Positions 56,968 through 64,000 of a stretch of 64,000 nt of DNA are shown here, in pieces. Origin of the DNA: the human T2T-CHM13v2.0 reference genome, Homo sapiens; assembly GCF_009914755.1 (NCBI RefSeq), contig NC_060932.1; one strand, written 5' to 3'. How positions within the stretch are numbered: position 1 is the stretch's first letter; every line of letters begins with the position of its first letter. The notes beneath the pieces were generated by a model. The model did no database searches. It worked only from the letters and a program-made list of their open reading frames with translations, and had not been told where the DNA came from. The position numbers were made by a program, and so were the translations under genes.

Positions 56968-57944
56968 TGCAGACTAAAGTAAGAAAAATAACTTATTTTT
57001 TCCAAATGTGAGAAAATCAACACAAAAAAGTTTTTATCTGTTAGGGGAGGGCTGGAATGGTGAGAGCTGGTGTGTTACAGACATCTTTATTAAGACAGTA
57101 CAACTCTTGCAACAAAAAGCAATGACAGAAGCTGCAGCAGTAGTAAATGCACCCCTGTAAGGACTCTACAGCCTGGTTCCCTGACTCAAGAATCAAAAAC
57201 TAAATACTAAAGCAAGCACAGTCCAGGAGATCCTCACAGAATAACCAGAATAAGCGTATCAGTGAATCTAAAGGAATAACACTGAAAACAATTGGAAAAA
57301 GCCACTTTGAGCACCTTACTCAAAGGAGATATTATTTTCAAAGACTCTCTGGAGTGACTTGAAATGACACGACAGGAGAGAGATCTTATCTCATGGTTTG
57401 TGCTACTGGGGAAAAAACGGGGTAGAAAATGAAAGCAATGCCAGTCAAAAGCTAAAGGAAAGGTGAGCAGGATTGTCCTGAGCACCAGGCATTGACCTGC
57501 CCATGGACTATTCAGCAGCCCTGGAGAGGGGGAAGGAGAGCACTTCCACATGACACTCAAATTCACAAATTCTGCCTCCACGGAGTTTTCTTTTCTTTCC
57601 TAAGAGACCTTTATGCAGACAAGCTTCCTTTCCAGAATAAAAACAAGTCATAGAAGATAAAACCATTATTCCTCAAAATGTGGCACACTAATGAATTTTC
57701 CCTTCCAAACTAGCTGTTCATTTTAAATATGAAGAAATCCAACCAAACACAAGTACAAGTTCGTGAAAGTTCCACAGGGACACAACTCTGTTCGGGGGAC
57801 AGCAAGGACAGAATGTTGGAATTCTTACAAATCATTATGTAATCCTACATTAGACAGAGCCTTTGAAATTTTGGAAATAACAGTTAATGAGAGTGTATCC
57901 TCAAAATAAGATAAATGTTTAAATAAGTCAGCAACAGCTTGTTG

Positions 57945-58140
57945 TTTACTGCATGCTTTCTGTGTGCTGGCACTCCATCGCCATTACCTTGTATAAGGTA
58001 ATGACACCCTGTGAGGCAGCCATTGTCCTCATTTTACAGATGAGTAAACTACAATTTTTTTTTCCCAACTCACATAGCGTGTAAGAACTGCAATTAATAT
58101 TTAATCCAGATATTTTGGGTGCCAAAATCCAAATGCATTC
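57945..58140 (-). mobile_element. MIR
   Basis: accctgtgaggcag..cctcattttacagatgagtaaact. Confidence 0.65.
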
Positions 58141-61100
58141 CAAAATGCAGTAGTACCTTTCTTTCCAGAATTTTGTTAACAATAAAGTTCTTAATAAATA
58201 GGCTAAAAAAGATCGATATACATAGAGAGAAAGAGAGACGTTAGTCACTCACTAGATTAAAACTAGAATATTCATATTTAAATATTGAGTGATAATACAA
58301 AGTACTGGCACAATGTAGGGAAAATAATGGATTAGCCCACTAAAATTTAAGTGGATATGAGGAGGCACATGTAAAAGAACACACTCAATAATCTTCTCTC
58401 AAATCAACTGTCTCAGCACAGACTATTTAATATGTGAAGCTTATCATTAGAAAAACAGAATTTCAGAATCCAGTTCAAATACTGAAAAAATCTAAAAACA
58501 AAAAAATTTAAAAACAAAAACTGTGTTTCATTTTAATAGCTGCAAAATTCTATATGGCTATCCAGTGAAATTATGAAATAGAAGAATACACCATTGTTAA
58601 AGTCTGACTTGATACAATGTAAGAGAATATGACATGACAGATGTTGTGGGTATGATTTTAAAAAGCAAAAATGTAACCACCGCTATTTCCCAAAGACCGG
58701 ACTTAATGCTTCTTCCTCATGGTAGTGGCTTGCAGAAGAACTTGGCCATCTTCGTGATTTCGCAGCTACATCAAGTGCAAGCACAGGGACTGATTCTGAA
58801 GTCAGGGTTGATGTGGTGGTGTGGGCTGTGAGGAGTGGGAGTAGACATCCGCTTCCTTTCCCATCTTTCCTGTTGGCATCCACTGAGCTGTGTAAGTGAC
58901 CCACTCCCACTGTGGTCTCAGTTGTCAAGCATGTCCTGCTCTTAGCTGTCAGCACTCCGCATGTGAATTACAGTGGAGCCTGGGACTCCATACCAACTTC
59001 CTGAGCATCAGAACTGCTGTTTCACTTGTCTTCCATAATCTCACAAATGTCTATATAACCAACCCTAACTCAGAACCATATACAGAAGGAAATTCCAGGA
59101 CACATAACTCCAGCTTAGATAAATTAACACCATACAAAATCACTACAATTTTTAATAATAAAAATGAAAGCATTACTGTTCTGAAATTATCCCATGGAAT
59201 CTAAATGCTATAGTGATTTAATATTCATCATTATCCATCTTTAATGTCCCTAAACAAACTTTAGTAGTTACAATTTTAAACCATTCCATCTTATTTTTGG
59301 ACATTTTCTACATTCCACTTCCCCCATAAAATTCTGTCCTAATGTCATATGTTTATTCTGCTAAAAATGTTTTCTTAACTCGTTATATATTTCTGCAGTA
59401 AAAAATCTTGCAGATTGTAATTCCATTCTCAATGTTATCTTTTCATGAACAAAAGTTTTTAATTTGTATAGTTCAGTTATTAAGCTTAAAGTAAGAAATT
59501 CTGTGGTTAGTACTTTTTCATACTTTTTAGGACTTTGCCTAAACTATGTCCCATGAAGATATTCTTCTATATTATATCATATTATATTATATATTAAGCA
59601 TCTTACATTGTGATCTATTGATTTTTACATATCATGTGAGGTAGAAATCAACATTCTTTATTTCCTCCATATGTGTATTCAGTTGACCAAAAACCCTTCA
59701 CATAAAAAACTATTCTTGACCACATTGCAAAGAAAATGGCAGACAGGAGACAGAACTAACTTGCGGCTCCCACTCAGATAGACAGAACAGCATGTGGAGA
59801 CTCACATCATGAACTTTTGTTCCAAGAACTACTGCAGGAACATATCAGGAAAACTGAAAGAATTCGTAGAGCCTTTGAAAGAAGTGGCTTGCCACTGCCT
59901 ACTCCGTGAAACAGCCGAAAACTGTGAGTGCCCAAAGTGTGAGAGGGGGAATGTCTGTTTCCAACCACACATCCTCACTGGGAAACTTGAAAATTCACAT
60001 CACGGGAGAAGAATTTAACCTTACCTAGAGCTGAAATGAATTTAGAGAGCTGAGTGAAATATAAAAGTAGAAGCAGCAGCTGGAAGAGCCCTGTAAGGAC
60101 TCCTCGCCCCCAAGGAAGACCAGGGAAGCTATTTATTACTTTATTTCACAGGGGACCTTGGGGAGGGCTGCCAGCGGAATTGGGGAAAAACTACGAGGAG
60201 AAAGAAACTCCCTACTAAACTTTGTAATAATTTAAACATAATGTGAATTTTCCTGGACAGAATCTGTAGTGGGGGGGCAAAAGGGAAGTACAGATACAAC
60301 CACAGAAGCCTCAGCAGGCAGGGAGGGGTGAAGTCTGAAAGCCATGCTTGCTTTCTCAGCAGGGAGGTTTGTAGCCTGGGGCAAGTTCTCAGCCTTGCTT
60401 ACTGGTTGCGTGGAAATAAATTTGGTGCTATTGGGGGTGACATAGTGAGAGTGAGACTGGCCTTTCTGGCTGCATGAGAACTGACTGAAGCCTATCATTG
60501 CCGGCTTTCTCCCACTACCCTGGCAACCTGTATGACACAGCAGAGGCAGCCATAATTCCCCTGGGAACATAACTCCCTTGGCCTGAGAACCACAACTCCA
60601 TACCCCACAGCAGCCATGGAAAGGCCTGTCCAAAGAGAGGCTGAGCTCAGACACGCCTAACCCTGCCACCACCTAATGGTCTTTCTCTACCCACCCTGGT
60701 AGCCAAAGACAAAAGACATAATATCTTGGGAGCTCTAACGGCCCTGCCCTCAACCTGAGAAAGCTGAGTGCTCCTCCAGGTGACCGTAGGGGAAGTTTGT
60801 ATCCTCCCTATACTACTACAGCTGATGCCGTCTTGAAAGCATCACCTCCTGGCTGGAGGCTAACCAACTCAAACCATAAAAGAACAACTCATAAAAGAAC
60901 ATCACTGCCCCAAGAAAGGAGAAAACAACAGCTAATTTCACCACCTGTAACATCCTGGCTAACCAGAGGTCCTGAGTCTTTCCATGTGACAACTTTACTG
61001 CCAGCACAACCAGCATTCAAGAAAAGCAGTGCACTAAACAAAACCATAACCAAAGTCTCACACAGAGTCCACTTCACTCCCCTGCTACCTTCACTGGAGC

Positions 61101-61370
61101 AGTTGCTAGTAACCATGGCTAAGTGACCTGAAGACAGTTCACACCATAGGACTCTTTGCAGACACACCCCAGTACCAGCCCAGAGCCCGGTAGCTCTGCT
61201 GGATGGCTAGACCCAAAGAGAAATAACAATCACTGTAGTCAGGCTCTTAGGAAGCCCCACCCCTACGGGAAGAGGGGAGAGCACCACATCAAGGCAGCAC
61301 CCCATGAAACAAAAGAATCTGAACAGCAGACCTTGAGCCCCAGATCTTCCCTCTGACATAGTCTACCCAA

Positions 61371-62371
61371 ATGAGAAGGAACCAGAAGAATAATTCTGGT
61401 AATATGACAAAACAAGGTTCTTTAACACCACCAAAAGATCACACTAGCTCACCAGCAATGGACCGAAACCAACAAGAAATATCTGTATGCCAGAAAAATA
61501 ATTCAGAAGGTCGATTATTAGGCTGTTCAAAGAGGCATCAGAGAGAGGTGAAGTCCAACTTAAAGAAATTTTTTCAATGTTACTGGATATGGATGGAAAA
61601 ATCTCCAGAGAAATAGAAAGCACAAATTTTAAAACAATCACAATTTCTGGAAATGAAGGACACACTTAGAGAAATGCAAAATACACTGGGAAATCTCAGC
61701 AATAAAATCAAACAAGTAGAAGAAAGAACTTCAGAGCTCAAAAACAAGGCTTTTGCATTAATCCAATCTAACAAAAACAAAGAAAAAAATCAGAAAAAAA
61801 TGAGTAAAGCCTCTACGAAGTTTGGGATTATGTTAAACAGCCAAACGTAAGAATAATTGGTGTTCCTGGGGAAGAGGAGAATTCTAAAAGTTTGGAAAAC
61901 ACATTTGAGGGAATAAGTGAGGAAAACTTTTCTGGCCTTACTACAGATCTAGACATCCAAATACAAAAAACTCAAAGAATGCCCAGGAAATTCACTGCAG
62001 AAAGATAATTGCCTAGGCACATAGTCATCACGTTATCTAAAGTCAACACAAAGGAAAGAATCTTAAGAGCTGTGAGGCAAAAGCATCAGGTAACCTATAA
62101 AGGAAAACCTATCAGATTAAGAGCAGATTTCTCAGCAGAAACCCTACAAGCTAGAAGGAAGTGGGGTCCTATCTTTAGCCTCCTTAAACAAAACGATTAT
62201 CAGCCAAGAATTTTGTATCCAACAAAACCAAGCTTCATAAATGAAAAAAAAGATATAGTCTTTTCAGACAAAAAAATGCTGAGAGAATTTGCCACTACCC
62301 AGCCAGCACTACAAGAACTGTTCAAAGGAGCTCTACATCTTGAAACAAAACCTCAAAATACATCAAAATAG
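61371..62371 (+). pseudogene. Frameshifted L1 ORF1
   Basis: MRRNQKNNSGNMTKQGSLTPPKDHTSSPAMD...; PRHIVITLSKV..KGKPIRLRADFSAETLQARR; split over several frames. Confidence 0.9.
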
Positions 62372-62456
62372 AAACTTCTGAACACATAAATCTAACAGGA
62401 CCTATAAAACAATAATACAATGAAAAAAAAAGCAAGGTATTCAGGCAACAACTAGC

Positions 62457-64000
62457 ATGATGAATAGAATAGTACCTTACATCTCAATATTAATGTTGAA
62501 TGTAAATGGCTTGAATGCTCCACTTAAAAGATACAGAATGGCAGAATGGATAAGAATTCACCAACCAAGTCTCTTCTGTCTTCAAGAAATTCGCCTAACA
62601 CATAAGGACTCACATAAACTTAAGGTAAAGAGGTGGGAAAAGATATTCCATGTAAATGGACACCAAAAGAGAGCTGGAGTAGCTATTTTTATATCAGACA
62701 AAACAAACTTCAAAGCAACAACAGTTAAAAAAAAAAAAGACAAAAAGGGACATTATATTATGATAAAAGGACTAGTCCAACAGGAAAATATTACAATCCT
62801 AAATATATATGCATCTAACACTTGAGCTCCCAAATTTGTAAAATAATAACTACTAGACCTAAGAAATTAGATAGGCAGCAACACAATAATGGCAGGGGAC
62901 TTCAATACTCCATGGACAGCACTAGGCAGGTGATATAGACAGAAAGTCAACAAAGAAACAATGAACTTAAACTATACCCTGGGAACAAATGAACTTAACA
63001 GATATTTACTAAACATTCTAAGTAACAACTGCAGAATAGACATTCTATTCATAAGCACATGGAACATTCTCCAAGGTGGACCATAAGATAGCCCACAAAA
63101 CCAGTCTCAACAAATTTATGAAAATTGAAATTATATCAAGTACTCTCTCAGACCACAGAGGAATAAAACTGGATATCAATTGCAAAAGGAAACCTCAAAA
63201 CCCTGCAAATATATAGAAATTAAATAATCTGCTCCTGAATAATTGCTGGGTCAACAATGAAATCAAGATGGAAACTTAAAAATTGTTTGAACTGAACAAT
63301 AATAGTAACACAACCTATCAAAGCCTCTGAGATACAGCAAAAGCAATTCTAAAGGAAAAGTTAAAGCATTAAATGCCTACATCAAAAAGTCTCAAAGAGC
63401 ACAAATAGACAATCTCAGGTCACACCTGAAGGAGCTAGAGAAAGAAGAACAAACCGAATCCAAACCCTGCAGAAGAAATAACAATGATCAGAGCAGAACC
63501 AAATATATTGAAAAAAAAAAATACAAAAGATAAGTGAAACAAAAAGCTGGTTCTTTGAAAGATAAATAAGATTGATGGACCATTTGCAATATTAACCAAG
63601 AAAAGAGAGAGAATCCAAATAAGCTCAATTAGAAACAAAATGAGAGATATTACAAAGAATAACACAGACAAAGATTATTCAAGGTTACTATGAACACATT
63701 TATGTGTACAAACTAGAAAACCTAGAGAAGACGGATAAATTCCTGGAAATATGCAACCCTCCTAGATTAAACCAGGAAGAAATAGAAACCCTGAGCAGAC
63801 CAATAACAAGCAGCAAGATTGAAATGGTAATTTTTTTAAAAAATTACCAATAGAAAAGTCCAGGACCAGATGGATTCATAGCTGAATTCTATCAGACATT
63901 CAAAGAATTGGTACCAATACTATTGACACTATTCCACAAGACAGAGAAAGAAGAAATTCTTCCTCAATCATTCTATGAAGCCACTATCACCCTAAGACCA
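62457..64000 (+). pseudogene. Disrupted L1 ORF2 (endonuclease domain onward)
   Basis: ISILMLNVNGLNAPLKR..CLQE..GHYIMIKG..ITILNIYA, stop at 62825; further stops and frameshifts; SPGPDGF motif near 63858. Confidence 0.9.

Larger units (their letters stand above)
59732..64000 (+). mobile_element. L1PB (L1PBa-type 5' end): complete 5'UTR, decayed ORF1 and ORF2; continues beyond the window
   Basis: aaaatggcagacaggagacagaactaacttgc start; ORF1 and ORF2 remnants in the ORF track. Confidence 0.92.

Noticed and set aside
58600-59010. GC-richer block with overlapping ORFs on both strands
   Set aside because: No recognisable homology or splice architecture; cannot be supported without a database search.

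Overview
Human/primate nuclear DNA, AT-rich, CpG-depleted and largely transposon-derived. The only host coding sequence I can support is a 61-nt internal exon (41030-41090, +) encoding [21 protein letters not shown] recognise this as the last transmembrane segment and acidic tail of NKAIN3 (8q12.3), so the window is two long NKAIN3 introns around one exon, gene on +. The rest is Alu, L1 (a near full-length ancient antisense L1M; a full-5' L1PB running off the right end; several 3' fragments, one nested), MaLR/ERVL LTRs (a two-LTR THE1B, solo THE1C, MLT2A1, MST, MLT1), DNA transposons (Tigger3, MER30, MER5), MIR/L2 and microsatellites. Nearly all ORF-track entries are repeat-derived or chance ORFs. 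I found no evidence of a new multi-gene system. The best second-look items are: a near-identical 86-bp duplicate inside a decayed L1, sense-oriented LTRs with splice donors, an intact DUX4 motif, candidate cryptic and antisense exons, and a POU/bZIP/homeodomain motif cluster. Repeat subfamilies were assigned by eye from remembered consensus sequences, and boundaries of old repeats are approximate.
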